Assembly: GCF_036507355.1 (NCBI RefSeq)
Contig: NZ_AP027877.1
DNA from: Escherichia coli
Lineage (GTDB): Bacteria > Pseudomonadota > Gammaproteobacteria > Enterobacterales > Enterobacteriaceae
Reading direction: 5' to 3' (one strand)
Length of the DNA: 64,000 bases
Shown here: positions 11,901 through 23,230 of the stretch, one piece after another
Layout: each line of letters starts with the position of its first letter
Numbering within the stretch: the stretch's first letter is position 1
The notes under the pieces: generated by a model
Seen by the model: the letters and a program-made list of their open reading frames with translations, nothing else
Told to the model about the DNA's origin: nothing
The model's database searches: none
Program-made: the position numbers and the translations under genes

Positions 11901-12993
11901 GGTTGTATTGCTGTGCCGTCCGGGCTTTGAAAAAGAGTGCGCCGCAGAAATTACCGATAAAGCCGGCCAGCGGGAGATTTTCGGTTTTGCCCGCGTGAAA
12001 GAGAATGCGGGTTATGTCATTTATGAATGTTATCAACCTGATGATGGCGATAAGTTAATCCGTGAGCTGCCGTTCAGTTCATTAATTTTTGCCCGCCAGT
12101 GGTTTGTGGTGGGGGAACTCTTGCAGCATTTGCCGCCAGAAGATCGTATTACCCCCATTGTCGGCATGTTGCAGGGCGTAGTAGAGAAGGGCGGTGAACT
12201 GCGTGTTGAAGTTGCCGATACCAACGAAAGCAAAGAGTTGCTGAAATTCTGCCGTAAATTTACTGTTCCGCTACGCGCTGCCTTGCGCGATGCTGGGGTG
12301 CTGGCGAACTATGAAACGCCGAAGCGTCCGGTTGTGCATGTATTCTTTATTGCACCAGGCTGCTGCTATACCGGTTACTCATACAGCAACAATAATTCGC
12401 CGTTCTATATGGGCATTCCGCGCCTGAAATTTCCGGCAGATGCGCCGAGTCGTTCCACGCTCAAACTGGAAGAGGCATTTCATGTGTTTATTCCTGCGGA
12501 TGAGTGGGATGAACGCCTGGCGAACGGGATGTGGGCGGTGGATTTGGGCGCTTGCCCAGGCGGCTGGACCTACCAACTGGTGAAGCGCAACATGTGGGTT
12601 TATTCCGTCGACAACGGCCCGATGGCGCAAAGTCTGATGGATACCGGACAGGTGACGTGGCTACGGGAAGACGGGTTCAAATTCCGTCCGACACGCAGCA
12701 ATATCTCCTGGATGGTATGCGATATGGTTGAAAAACCGGCGAAAGTTGCGGCATTGATGGCGCAGTGGCTGGTTAATGGCTGGTGTCGTGAAACCATTTT
12801 CAACCTCAAACTGCCGATGAAAAAACGCTACGAAGAAGTGTCACACAATCTGGCGTATATTCAGGCACAGCTTGATGAACATGGCATAAATGCTCAGATT
12901 CAGGCGCGGCAGTTGTATCACGATCGCGAAGAAGTGACGGTGCACGTCCGCCGCATCTGGGCTGCGGTGGGTGGTCGTCGCGACGAGCGATAA
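11893..12993 (+). CDS. rlmM: 23S rRNA 2'-O-ribose C2498 methyltransferase RlmM
   Basis: 366-aa ORF with THUMP-like N-terminus and SAM-dependent methyltransferase C-terminus. Confidence 0.85.
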
Positions 12994-13002
12994 CAGGCAA
13001 GG

Positions 13003-13036
13003 CCGGGGCGTCGTCTCCGGCCTGCTACCTTTTCCG
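13003..13036. terminator. Hairpin between convergent rlmM and fucR
   Basis: GGCCGG...CCGGCC stem followed by T-rich tract. Confidence 0.4.
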
Positions 13037-13768
13037 TCAGGCTGTTACCAAAGAAGTTGCAACCTGGCGCTCATCAGAAATAATGTGCGTTACCTCATCC
13101 AGATGCCCGATGCGGGCTTCCCCTGAACGATTAAATTTACTTTTATCAATCAATAACAACGATTGCGCGGCACGTTTTAATAGCATCGATTTGTAATCAG
13201 CGTTGATAGCATTGGAGTCCCACAGTGCGCCGCTGCTATCGATCCCTTCACAAGAAAAAATAAACAGATCGATTTCCAGCGATTTAAGTTGGGAAATCAG
13301 CGAGGGATTGACGTAACAGCCATATTTGCGCTCAAGTGTGCCGCCGGAACTGATCAGTTGAATGCGTTCGCGTTTACCGAGTTCATGGCAAATCGGATGG
13401 CTATTGGTGAAGACCTGAATGTTGATGTCAGGCAACTGGCGTGCCAGATACCAGCAGGTTGAACTGGCGTCTAAGGCTATCACCATCCCTTCTTCAATCC
13501 ATGCGAGCGCTTCGCGCGCGATATCTGCTTTATGCGCATAATGGCTTTTCAGCCGGATGTGAAAGGGATCGCCACTGTCTTGATTTTGACGGTGGATATT
13601 TTTAGCGCGCCCATGATTGCGCAGAATTTTACCCTGCGTCTGTAATTCATTGAGATCGCGACGAATGGTTTCTTTACTGACCTTTAGCTGTTCAGAGAGA
13701 GCTTCCGTGGTCAGGCTGGTATGGTTCAGCAGCAGGTCGACTATCGCTTGCTGGCGTGCCGCTTTCAT
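13037..13768 (-). CDS. fucR: DeoR-family L-fucose operon activator FucR
   Basis: 243-aa ORF from ATG (rc 13766-13768); DeoR HTH plus sugar-phosphate-binding domain. Confidence 0.9.
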   Translation of the reverse strand: MKAARQQAIVDLLLNHTSLTTEALSEQLKVSKETIRRDLNELQTQGKILRNHGRAKNIHRQNQDSGDPFHIRLKSHYAHKADIAREALAWIEEGMVIALDASSTCWYLARQLPDINIQVFTNSHPICHELGKRERIQLISSGGTLERKYGCYVNPSLISQLKSLEIDLFIFSCEGIDSSGALWDSNAINADYKSMLLKRAAQSLLLIDKSKFNRSGEARIGHLDEVTHIISDERQVATSLVTA

Positions 13769-13825
13769 ATTTTTCACCCCATCATTCGATAACCGCCCGC
13801 GTCATGCGGGCGTACCGGTATGAGA

Positions 13826-14248
13826 TTACGGTGTTACCCCTTTTTTTAAAAGAATATTCCCGTACTTCGCTCGTTCGCCTGTGATAACGATCGCAAAGGC
13901 TTTTTGCGCCCGTTCATAAAACGCAAAACGATTGATGCGGATGATGTCAGGACAGGGGGCTTGTAGTGAAAGCGCATTACGGTAACGTCGTTCTACTTCA
14001 GGATCGAGAGTGTCACCTTCTACCGCCGCCATCATCACCAGCGGTGGTGCATAACTGTCCAGTTCAAATAACGGGATAATCGCCTGGAGCAAGTCGCTCA
14101 CCAACAGGCCATCAGCGCGGATCACCTGCGGTCCCATAGAATGGGCGGGAAAGTGAGCATCGGAAAAAATAATTTCATCTCCATGTCCCATCTCTGCCAG
14201 CACTTTCAATAGTTCGGGAGAAATTAACGGCGAAATTGTTTTCAGCAT
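13826..14248 (-). CDS. fucU: L-fucose mutarotase FucU (RbsD/FucU family)
   Basis: 140-aa ORF; fuc operon synteny. Confidence 0.9.
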
Positions 14249-14249
14249 T

Positions 14250-15668
14250 TCACACTTCCTCTATAAATTCAGGTTCAGTTTGCGGGTAGAAATAACGGTA
14301 CTGATAATGAATCTGTGCACGGGCTTCTTCCGGGCTGTTAAATTCCCCTACGCCATACCAACCGAACAGCGCAGCTCCTGCGACGGTCGTTTCGGCATCG
14401 TCGAGAACTTTTACCGGAATATCAAGCATATTGGCTTTAATCTGATTCCACAATGTGTTGCGACTTCCTCCACCGACTAACAATAATTCAGAGGCCTTAA
14501 AGTGCCCGATTTTTTCCAGCATCTGTAGATTGCGCTGTAATTGCGCAGTTAACCCTTCCAGCGCCGCGCGATAGAAATGCCCCCGCGTGGTATTAAGCGT
14601 CACTCCTTGCCAGCCAGCGTTCTGACACGACAATAAATCACACTGCATTTTCACGCCATCCGCGCCAGGCGCGATCAGACGAGCCTCTTCAATCAACATT
14701 TGCCAGGGTGTTTCAGCCGTCCAGAACAGTTTTCTCACCCATTCCAGCACGCCGGATGCCAGCCATTGCATACCTGGGTTATACAACCCTGCCTGGCTAT
14801 CCAGTTCGCAGGTGGAACCGGCGTACTGACTTAACAGCGAAGTATCAACCTGGGCGCTGCGAACCATTAAAATTTCCCATGTACCGGAAGAGAGCACGGG
14901 TTCATTTTGTTCAGCACCAGCGCCAAAAAGGGCGAACTGGGTATCGTGACCTGCGGAAATCACCGGTATGCCAACGGGTAAGCCGAGCATTGCTGCGGCG
15001 CTGTTCTGTAGCGTACCAATCTGTTCACCCGCTTCCACCAGACGAGGGAAGAGTCGGCGTGGAATACCGGTGGCTTGTAAAATTTGCGGACTGAAATCGC
15101 GTTGCTGGATATCCAGCATCTGGCTGGTTCCGGCCATCGTGATATCAGTAGTGAATTCGCCGGTTAAACGGTGGTTAATCAGCGACGAAATAAAGAGCCA
15201 GGCGTGCGCGCGTTCCAGCAGTTGTGGATGATTTTCTTTCAACCACACCAACTTATATAACGTATTGAAACTAAAGGCTCCGACGCCAGAAATAGCCTGC
15301 AACCGCTGTGCGGAGATTAACCGTTCAATATTGTCCATAACCGCTGCTGTTCGCGGACATTTCCAGCTAATGATCGGATAGAGCAGATTACCTTGCTTAT
15401 CTACCAGAGCGCCATCCACACCAAAGGTGGTGACGGCGATACCGCGGATGTGGCATTCAGTCAGTTCACTATTGATTTGCCGACAGCAATCAGCAAAGCG
15501 TTGCAAAATCGCGTCTAAAGACCACTGGTGCCAGGTGTTGTTTTCCATCGCGATATCGCTGGCATTAGGCGTTGAGGCGCGGGCAACAATTTTTCCCTGC
15601 CGATTAACCGCGATGGCCCTGACATTGGTCGCGCCACAGTCGAGTACCAGGATAACTTCTTGTTTCAT
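14250..15668 (-). CDS. fucK: L-fuculokinase (FGGY family)
   Basis: 472-aa ORF from ATG (rc 15666-15668) with AGGAG RBS; an upstream in-frame ATG at 15698 is an alternative start. Confidence 0.9.
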
Positions 15669-15776
15669 AATCGCTCCTGCAATATAGCCGGATAACATTG
15701 CTTATCCGGCTAACCACTCTTGCTTGTTCAGGCCCGGTAGCCGGAGCGACCGGGCATCACATCAGGGAGTAATGTA

Positions 15777-17552
15777 TTAACGCTTGTACAACGGACCGTA
15801 GTTCTGGCAAGCGCGGTAATCCTGGCCTTCAATATCCATGCCGTGCGCAGCCCAGGCAGAAGGACGATACACTTTGGTCTCTTCAACGTTGTGCATACAT
15901 ACCGGGATACGCAGCATGGAGGCGAGAGTGATAAAGTCTGCGCCAACGTGGCCGATGGTCAGAACCCCATGGTTAGCGCCCCAGTTCTCCATTACCGAAT
16001 ACACATCCGTAAACGGCCCTTTACCGGTGAGGCGCGGTGCAAACCAGGTGGTTGGCCAGGTTGAGTTGGTGCGTTTGTTGAGGATGTCATGCACATCCTT
16101 CGGCAATTCCACGCTCCAGCCTTCCGCGATTTGCAGTACCGGTCCCAGGCCTTTGATGATGTTGACACGAGTCATGGTGAACGGGACGCCGCCTTCGGTA
16201 AGGAAGCGGGAAGAGTAACCGCCGCCACGGAAGTATTCGTGGATCGCCGGGCACCATTCGGTAGCGGCGAGGCAAGCGTCAGCCTCTTGCTGAGAGATTT
16301 CCCAGTGTGGCTTCATCGTCGGGTTACCTTCGCTGTCGCGTTGTTTACAGGAACCGTCCAGCGCAGCAGAACCTGAGTTGATCAAATGGATGATGCCGTG
16401 TTCTGCCAGTCCATCGAGTTTATGCCCCGTTACACGCTCAATTGCTTCTGGTGACCAGTAGGTACGCACATCGGCAAATACCTGAGCGGTGCCGGTGAGC
16501 TGGTGACCCATTAGCATTGCCACGCCGTTAAGACTGTCGTTTTCGGTCGCCACGACAAAGGGTTCGCGCACGCCATTCCAGTCAAATGAACTGTTAAGGA
16601 TCGCTTCGGCGGTGTCGCCATTGGGATATTGATCGGTCCAGTGGCGTTGCCCCTGGAAGCCCGCAGCGATAGCGTTGTAGCCAAGTGATTCTTCCACGCG
16701 ACCAATATCGGCCAGTTTGCTGTTGCCTTGCATCATGTCGCGGATACACATCGCCATCAGTAAACTTTCGCGCAGAACTGCGCGGTTTTGCTCGGCATTG
16801 CGTTGATACTGTTTGTTATTTTCATCTTCGCCATAGCGGAAGTTTTTATCAGCCCAGGCCAGCGCCATTTCCAGTTCGGCTTCGTCGTAAATCTTCTGAT
16901 CGATACGGCGACGAAGTTCGGTCATATCCACCGCCTGGACTTTCATTCCCAGCCAGGATTCAAAGAAGTTGTGATCAACAATAGATCCGGCGATACCCAT
17001 CGAAACGCCGCCCAGCGACAGATAGCTTTTACCTTTCATGCTGGCGACGGCCAAACCGGCGCGGGCAAAGCGCAGCAGTTTTTCTTCAACATCGGCAGGA
17101 ATCGATGTGTCATCGGCATCCTGAACGTCATGACCGTAAATGGAGAATGCCGGGATGCCTTTCTGGCTGTGAGCTGCCAGAGCCGCTGCCAGGTAAACAG
17201 CGCCGGGACGTTCAGTGCCGTTAAAGCCCCAAATGGCTTTCGGGCGGGTTGGATCCATGTCGATGGTTTCACTGCCATAGCACCAGCAAGGCGTTACCGT
17301 AATGGTGAGGCCTACATTCTGGCTGCTGAATTTTTCTTCGCAAGCAGCGGCTTCAGCCATACCCGCGATACAGGTATCGGAAATGACACACTCGACGGCA
17401 GCTCCGCAGGCATGGCGCAGTTTCTCGGTCAGCAGTGTGGCCGTGGCTTTCGCCATATTCATTGTTTGTTCTTCAAGCGACTCACGAACACCCATGCGAC
17501 GACCGTCAATAACCGGGCGGATACCAATTTTCGGTAACGTATTAATTTTCAT
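15777..17552 (-). CDS. fucI: L-fucose isomerase
   Basis: 591-aa FucI-family ORF; N-terminus [14 protein letters not shown]. Confidence 0.9.
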   Translation of the reverse strand: MKINTLPKIGIRPVIDGRRMGVRESLEEQTMNMAKATATLLTEKLRHACGAAVECVISDTCIAGMAEAAACEEKFSSQNVGLTITVTPCWCYGSETIDMDPTRPKAIWGFNGTERPGAVYLAAALAAHSQKGIPAFSIYGHDVQDADDTSIPADVEEKLLRFARAGLAVASMKGKSYLSLGGVSMGIAGSIVDHNFFESWLGMKVQAVDMTELRRRIDQKIYDEAELEMALAWADKNFRYGEDENNKQYQRNAEQNRAVLRESLLMAMCIRDMMQGNSKLADIGRVEESLGYNAIAAGFQGQRHWTDQYPNGDTAEAILNSSFDWNGVREPFVVATENDSLNGVAMLMGHQLTGTAQVFADVRTYWSPEAIERVTGHKLDGLAEHGIIHLINSGSAALDGSCKQRDSEGNPTMKPHWEISQQEADACLAATEWCPAIHEYFRGGGYSSRFLTEGGVPFTMTRVNIIKGLGPVLQIAEGWSVELPKDVHDILNKRTNSTWPTTWFAPRLTGKGPFTDVYSVMENWGANHGVLTIGHVGADFITLASMLRIPVCMHNVEETKVYRPSAWAAHGMDIEGQDYRACQNYGPLYKR

Positions 17553-17634
17553 CAGGATTCCTCATCTCGCTTTATTGGCGCTCTGCTAAGGCGGAGAAAG
17601 GAAACCACCGAAGCAGTAGTATTGGTCATTATTT

Positions 17635-17650
17635 GCTAACTCGAGTTAGC
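17635..17650. promoter_or_regulatory. Perfect 16-bp palindrome GCTAACTCGAGTTAGC (candidate operator), copy 1
   Basis: Exact self-complementary 16-mer centred on CG in the fucI / ABC-transporter divergent intergenic region. Confidence 0.5.
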
Positions 17651-17694
17651 TTAGGTTCGTAGGCTTTTTATGCACAACTTTTTTGTTGTTGAAA

Positions 17695-17710
17695 TGTGAG
17701 GGGCTTCACG
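17695..17710. promoter_or_regulatory. CRP-like site TGTGA-N6-TCACG
   Basis: TGTGAggggctTCACG, 9 of 10 matches to the CRP core consensus, lying between the two palindromes. Confidence 0.4.
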
Positions 17711-17873
17711 AGAAGTGGTTAAAATACGATCTCTGTCAAATTATTATTTAGCGGGACAAAAATAAATTTTACGTATAATCATATGTTTATTAGATTTTAA
17801 TGGTTATGCATCACAGTTTTAACTCAAATGATTTGGCTAATTTGTATACCTAAAATAGCTTTAAAAGGCGATC

Positions 17874-17889
17874 GCTAACTCGAGTTAGC
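17874..17889. promoter_or_regulatory. Perfect 16-bp palindrome GCTAACTCGAGTTAGC (candidate operator), copy 2
   Basis: Identical to the copy at 17635-17650; centre-to-centre spacing 239 bp. Confidence 0.5.
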
Positions 17890-18021
17890 AAAATGCGAAG
17901 AATAGATTGATGCGATGAATATTTATTCAAAGGTTATTCGTATCACAGTGGAGATGGCTTTAGTAGCGACGTTTATGCCGTACTTCACATTTTCAGTTTC
18001 TGATTATTGAGGAAAGCTGCA

Positions 18022-19521
18022 ATGTCCGAAACATTTTTGCAAATGAAGCATATCACCAAACGCTTTCCTGGAGTGTTGGCGCTTAATGACGTGCAATTTT
18101 CCCTACGCCGGGGCGAGGTTCATGCATTATTAGGTGAAAATGGTGCAGGAAAATCTACCTTAATGAAAATTTTGTCGGGGGTTTATCAACCTGATGAAGG
18201 CGAAATAATTTTTGAAGATAAACCAGTCTCATTTTCTGATCCGTTAAGTGCGCAAAACGTAGGTATTACTATTATTCACCAGGAATTTAATTTATTTCCC
18301 GAGCTTACAGTAGAGGAAAATATTTTTATCGGCAGGGAGTTTTGTAAAAAAAATCGCTGGCGTCTGGATGAGAAACAGCAACGCCAGGCGACGATCGAAA
18401 TTTTGCAAAAATTAAATTTGGCGATCAAACCAGATACTCTGGTTGCCGACCTTACGGTAGCTCAACAGCAGATGGTTGAAATTGCCAAGGCCATTTCGGT
18501 TAACGCCAGGATTCTCATTATGGATGAACCTACTGCGGCGTTAACAGAAACTGAAATTGAAAGCTTATTTCGCGTCACCCGCTTATTGAAAGAGCAGGGG
18601 ACCGGCATTGTGTATATATCCCACCGTCTGGAAGAGTTGGCGCTAATTGCCGACCGCGCGACTGTAATGCGTGATGGTCAGTACATCAGTACGGTGGATT
18701 ATGAGTGCGTAAAAATCAGCGATCTGATTGCCATGATGGTTGGTCGCGATTTAGGGAATATCTATCCCCGCCGCGAGGCCATACAGCAGCGGATGCCGGT
18801 TCTGGAGGTCAACGGACTGACGCGCAAAGGCGTACTCAACGATATTAATTTTACGCTTTATCGTGGCGAGATCCTCGGCTTTGCCGGACTGATGGGGGCA
18901 GGTCGTACTGAACTTGCGCGTGCGATTTTTGGTGCGGACTCCATTGACAGCGGAACGCTAAAGTTAAATGGTAAGGAAACCGTTATTAAAGATATTTCGG
19001 ATGCTATTCAGCAGGGAATTAGTTACCTGACGGAAGACCGAAAAAAAGAAGGGTTGGCACTGAATTTATCTGTTGAACGAAATATTATGTTAGGAAATTA
19101 CCCTGAGTATTCCGATCGTTTTGGGAATGTCGATTCGCGTCGTTGCCAACAAACCAGTGAGGAACAGGTAAAAGCGTTAAGGATTAAAACGCCAAATCTT
19201 GAACAGGCTGCATTAAATCTAAGTGGAGGAAATCAGCAGAAAATTATAATTGCACGTTGGGTGTGTAAAGATACTGATATTTTAATCTTCGATGAACCCA
19301 CTCGCGGCATTGATGTTGGCGCCAAACTGGAAATCTATGAGTTAATGAATCGCCTGGTGGCAAAAGGGAAATCAATCATCATGATCTCCTCTGAATTGCC
19401 GGAGGTGTTAGGAATGTGCGACCGTATTTTAGTGATGCGCAGTGGTCGAATTACTGGCGAACTTAGCGCAAATGAAGCGACACAAGAAAAAATCATGCAA
19501 TACGCGACGTTAGAGGATTAA
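18022..19521 (+). CDS. Sugar ABC transporter ATP-binding protein, two fused ABC domains (CUT2 family, RbsA/XylG-like)
   Basis: 499-aa product from ATG 18022 (GAGGA RBS); Walker A GENGAGKST, second-domain signature LSGGNQQK and degenerate second P-loop GLMGAGRTE; about 42% GC. Confidence 0.85.
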   Translation: MSETFLQMKHITKRFPGVLALNDVQFSLRRGEVHALLGENGAGKSTLMKILSGVYQPDEGEIIFEDKPVSFSDPLSAQNVGITIIHQEFNLFPELTVEENIFIGREFCKKNRWRLDEKQQRQATIEILQKLNLAIKPDTLVADLTVAQQQMVEIAKAISVNARILIMDEPTAALTETEIESLFRVTRLLKEQGTGIVYISHRLEELALIADRATVMRDGQYISTVDYECVKISDLIAMMVGRDLGNIYPRREAIQQRMPVLEVNGLTRKGVLNDINFTLYRGEILGFAGLMGAGRTELARAIFGADSIDSGTLKLNGKETVIKDISDAIQQGISYLTEDRKKEGLALNLSVERNIMLGNYPEYSDRFGNVDSRRCQQTSEEQVKALRIKTPNLEQAALNLSGGNQQKIIIARWVCKDTDILIFDEPTRGIDVGAKLEIYELMNRLVAKGKSIIMISSELPEVLGMCDRILVMRSGRITGELSANEATQEKIMQYATLED

Positions 19522-19524
19522 ATT

Positions 19525-20508
19525 ATGACTATCTCTGTAACCTCTCCAGACAGCAATAATAAGAAAATAAAGATAAATAAAGAACTTTTGATGCGCCTTG
19601 CGCCTCTTTTTAGCTTAATTATATTAGCGCTGTTTTTTAGTTTCAGCTCTCCCTTTTTCTTTAATACCGAAAATATCATGACGATTGCTCTGCAAACGTC
19701 GGTTATCGGCATTATGGCCATTGGGGTAACTTTCGTCATTATTACCGCGGGCATCGATCTTTCATTGGGTTCCGTGGTGGCTTTTTCTGGTGTCGCCGTG
19801 GGGATTTGCGCCACACTGGGCCTGCCGCTGCCAGTGTGTATTATTGCCGGTGTTTTAGCCGGTGGAATGTGCGGCTATGTGAATGGTTTGTTGGTCACTA
19901 AAATGACTATTCCACCGTTTATCGCTACCTTGGGCCTGATGATGTCCGTCAGAGGTATCAATATGGTGATGACCGACGGGCGCGCCATCTATTTTGCCGA
20001 TTACCCGATGTTCAAAACGCTCGCTCAGGGACGCTTGTTTGATGTGCTACCTTATCCTGTTTTCTACCTGGTCATTGTGGCGCTTGTCGGCGCTTACATC
20101 CTGAAGAAAACGGTTATTGGTCGCTATGTCTATGCCGTAGGCAGTAATGAAGTTGCTGCTCATCTTTCTGGTATTAAAGTTCAGCGCGTGAAAATTTTCG
20201 TCTATGCCTTCTGTGGTTTATTAACCGGGATTGCGGGTGTCATTCTCGCTTCTCGTCTCAACTCCGGACAACCGACGGTAGGTGTGGGTTATGAGCTGGA
20301 AGCTATTGCTGCGGTAGTGATCGGCGGAACCAGCTTAATGGGCGGTATTGGCACTATTGGCGGCACAATCATTGGCGCTTTCATTATGAGTGTACTGAAA
20401 AATGGCCTCAATTTAATGGGGGTCTCTCAGTTCTGGCAAATGGTCGCGATGGGCGTAGTTGTGGTCGCTGCCGTTTACCTCGATACATTACGCAAAAAGA
20501 TTCGTTGA
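19525..20508 (+). CDS. Sugar ABC transporter permease (RbsC/XylH-like)
   Basis: 327-aa polytopic membrane ORF starting 4 nt after the ATPase stop with GAGGA RBS. Confidence 0.85.
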   Translation: MTISVTSPDSNNKKIKINKELLMRLAPLFSLIILALFFSFSSPFFFNTENIMTIALQTSVIGIMAIGVTFVIITAGIDLSLGSVVAFSGVAVGICATLGLPLPVCIIAGVLAGGMCGYVNGLLVTKMTIPPFIATLGLMMSVRGINMVMTDGRAIYFADYPMFKTLAQGRLFDVLPYPVFYLVIVALVGAYILKKTVIGRYVYAVGSNEVAAHLSGIKVQRVKIFVYAFCGLLTGIAGVILASRLNSGQPTVGVGYELEAIAAVVIGGTSLMGGIGTIGGTIIGAFIMSVLKNGLNLMGVSQFWQMVAMGVVVVAAVYLDTLRKKIR

Positions 20509-20581
20509 CTTAGGCTCCCTGTTTTATCGGGAAACAACTGCCCTGACGTTAAGGGTGATTCACTCAGAACGGAGTACAACA

Positions 20582-21532
20582 ATGAAAACCAGGCATTTTA
20601 TCTATGCGTTATCTCTGCTGGCTTGCGTAAGTTCCAGCGCACTGGCGAAGGATTTAAATCTTCCGGTTGTTAGTAAAGGTTTCCAACATGAATTCTGGCA
20701 AACCGTAAAAATGGGGACTGAAGCTGCGGCTAAAGAGTTGGGGGATAAAACCAGCTATGTTGGCCCGGCTGATGAAACGCAAATAGCCGAGCAAATTCAG
20801 TTAGTCGAAAATGCGATGGCGCAGAAACCGAATGGCTTGCTTCTGGCAGCCCTCGACGCGAATGCGCTCGCCCCACTGGTAGAAACGGCAAATTCACGCG
20901 GTATCAAAGTGGTGACCTTTGATTCAGGCATCAATTCAGACATTCCGGTGAGTTTTGTCGCCACCAATAACCGTAAAGCAGGTGCTCAGGCAGCTGATGC
21001 CTTAGCCGCGCAGGTAAATAATAAAGGGAAAGTAGGGATTATCGCGCACGTTGCAGGAACATCTTCCGCTATTGAACGCTCGGAAGGCTTCATGGAGCGT
21101 ATGAAAGAAAAATATCCTGACATTAAAGTTTTACCCGTTCAGTACAGCGATGGTGACCCGCAAAAAGCGATGGATAAAACTATCGATATGATTCAGGCCA
21201 ATCCCGATCTTGCTGGGATCTATGGCACCAATGAAGGTTCAACGCTCGGGGTGGCGAATGCCATTGATAGCCAGAATCTGAAAGGTAAGGTGAAGGTCAT
21301 TGGTTTTGATAGTACGGAAGCGATTATTAACTTCCTGAAGAACGGCGTCATTCAGGGCTTTGTTGTTCAGGATGCATACCAGATTGGCTATCAAGGGATC
21401 AAAACGTTGAACGCGGCCCTTTCGGGACAAGCCGTTGAAAAAGAGATCGATATTCCCGTGAAATTTGTTAATGCCGAGAATATTAACACGCCAGAAATCG
21501 ACAAACTCCTGCACCCATTCGGTAAGAAATAA
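20582..21532 (+). CDS. Periplasmic sugar-binding protein (RbsB-like)
   Basis: 316-aa product from ATG 20582 (GGAG RBS); Sec signal MKTRHFIYALSLLACVSSSALA; the six-frame ORF starting at 20459 is an over-extension. Confidence 0.85.
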   Translation: MKTRHFIYALSLLACVSSSALAKDLNLPVVSKGFQHEFWQTVKMGTEAAAKELGDKTSYVGPADETQIAEQIQLVENAMAQKPNGLLLAALDANALAPLVETANSRGIKVVTFDSGINSDIPVSFVATNNRKAGAQAADALAAQVNNKGKVGIIAHVAGTSSAIERSEGFMERMKEKYPDIKVLPVQYSDGDPQKAMDKTIDMIQANPDLAGIYGTNEGSTLGVANAIDSQNLKGKVKVIGFDSTEAIINFLKNGVIQGFVVQDAYQIGYQGIKTLNAALSGQAVEKEIDIPVKFVNAENINTPEIDKLLHPFGKK

Positions 21533-21539
21533 AAAAATT

Positions 21540-21559
21540 GGGGATGAATTTTCATCCCC
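21540..21559. other. Perfect 8-bp-stem hairpin between the binding-protein gene and the kinase gene
   Basis: GGGGATGA-attt-TCATCCCC preceded by an A7 run; no T-tract on the plus side, so it is not a canonical plus-strand terminator. Confidence 0.4.
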
Positions 21560-21585
21560 GTTATCTCCAGCGTCAGGGAGGCTTT

Positions 21586-23166
21586 ATGCACAACGGTTAT
21601 TTTCTCGGTGTCGATGTCGGATCGGCCAGTGTCAGGGCAGGCGTTTACAGTGCCAGTGGCCACAGGCTGGCATTCGCTACTGCGCCCGTCTCCCAGTTTC
21701 GCCCTGGCGGCGAGCGTGTTGAACAGTCTTCGGCGGAGATCTGGCAACAAGTTTGTAAAACGGTGAAAGAGGCGACAGCTTTGGCAGGCATCCCTGGTTC
21801 CGCAATTCGCTCGCTAGGTTTTGACGCTACTTGCTCGCTGGTTGTTCTTGATGAACAAGGCCAGGGTTTAGCTGTTTCGCCCGGTGGATCTGCGAATCAC
21901 GACATTATTATGTGGATGGATCATCGTGCAACTGTCGAGACGGCGCAGATTAACGCGACGAAGGATCCTGCATTGCGCTACGTTGGCGGCGAAGTGAGCG
22001 TCGAGATGGAGTTACCAAAGTTACGTTGGTTGAAGACGCATCTACCGCAAACCTGGCAGGCCGCTCATCGCTTTTTCGATCTGGCGGATTTTCTGGTCTG
22101 GAAAGCAACAGGGCGAGACGTCGCGGGATTATGCACGCTAACGTGTAAATGGAATTATCTGGCTCATGAGCAACGCTTTAGCCATAGCTTACTGGAATCG
22201 ATAGACCTGATCGATATGCTTGAAAGAATTCCTGCCGACATTCTTCCGCCTGGCGCTGCCGTGGGAACATTAACCGCCACAGCTGCTGAAGAGTTAGGAT
22301 TAACGACTAATGTTATCGTGGCCAGTGGCTTGATTGATGCCCATGCCGGTGGCGTGGCGCTGGCTGGCGCGCACCCATCAGGAACGCTGGCATTGATAAG
22401 CGGAACGTCGAACTGCCATATGCTGTGTAGTGAAAAAGAGATATTCACCCCTGGCGTCTGGGGGCCATACTGGTCGGCCATGTTGCCAAATTACTGGCTA
22501 ACCGAAGGCGGGCAAAGCGCCGCAGGGGCGCTGGTGGAGTGGACGCTTCAGGAGTCAGGGGCAAGCGCAAATCTTTTTCACAAGGCGCAGCAACGCGGAT
22601 GTCATCCGATTCAACTGATTAATGAATGGGTAGCCGCCCTGGAAGCTAACGAGTCAGAACCCACACGAAATTTACATGTGCTTGCCGATCATCACGGCAA
22701 CCGTTCGCCACGAGCGCGGCCCGATGCCAGAGGCAGTGTTTATGGCTTAACACTGGAGCGTGGTGAAAGTCAGCTCGCGCGACTTTATCTTGCGACTTTA
22801 CAGGCAATAGCCTTTGGCACCAGACATATTATTGAAACTCTCAGGGAAAATGGGCATACCATTACCCGATTAACATTATGTGGTGGTGCAACGCACAACC
22901 CTTTATGGCTACGCGAATATGCAGACGTGACAGGCTGCGATATCCACCTGATGCAAGAAGAAGATGCCGTTACATTGGGTGCAGCAATTAGCGGCGCTGT
23001 TGCCAGCGGAGCATGGGGGGATTTTACATCTGCGTGTAAAGCAATGGTTGAAGCCGGAGAGGTTATTCAGGTAAATCCACAACGCCGTGAATTTTTAGAG
23101 CGTAAATACCGGGTTTACCTGACGCTTTGGGAGCAACAACAGGCAGTTAACCAACTGATGCAATAA
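21586..23166 (+). CDS. FGGY-family carbohydrate kinase, pentulose (ribulokinase-like) type
   Basis: 526-aa product from ATG 21586 (AGGGAGG RBS); FGGY N- and C-terminal domains (GVDVGSASVR, IIMWMDHRA); distinct from fucK. Confidence 0.8.
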   Translation: MHNGYFLGVDVGSASVRAGVYSASGHRLAFATAPVSQFRPGGERVEQSSAEIWQQVCKTVKEATALAGIPGSAIRSLGFDATCSLVVLDEQGQGLAVSPGGSANHDIIMWMDHRATVETAQINATKDPALRYVGGEVSVEMELPKLRWLKTHLPQTWQAAHRFFDLADFLVWKATGRDVAGLCTLTCKWNYLAHEQRFSHSLLESIDLIDMLERIPADILPPGAAVGTLTATAAEELGLTTNVIVASGLIDAHAGGVALAGAHPSGTLALISGTSNCHMLCSEKEIFTPGVWGPYWSAMLPNYWLTEGGQSAAGALVEWTLQESGASANLFHKAQQRGCHPIQLINEWVAALEANESEPTRNLHVLADHHGNRSPRARPDARGSVYGLTLERGESQLARLYLATLQAIAFGTRHIIETLRENGHTITRLTLCGGATHNPLWLREYADVTGCDIHLMQEEDAVTLGAAISGAVASGAWGDFTSACKAMVEAGEVIQVNPQRREFLERKYRVYLTLWEQQQAVNQLMQ

Positions 23167-23230
23167 GACAAAAGTTGAAAATACTTTTATGATTGTGATT
23201 TGACGTCTGGATGTTAACTGGGAAATACCT

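Noticed and set aside
17553-18006. Possible fucP remnant in the island promoter region
   Set aside because: No reading frame in either orientation encodes hydrophobic MFS-like segments; the region is AT-rich non-coding DNA with palindromes and promoter-like hexamers.
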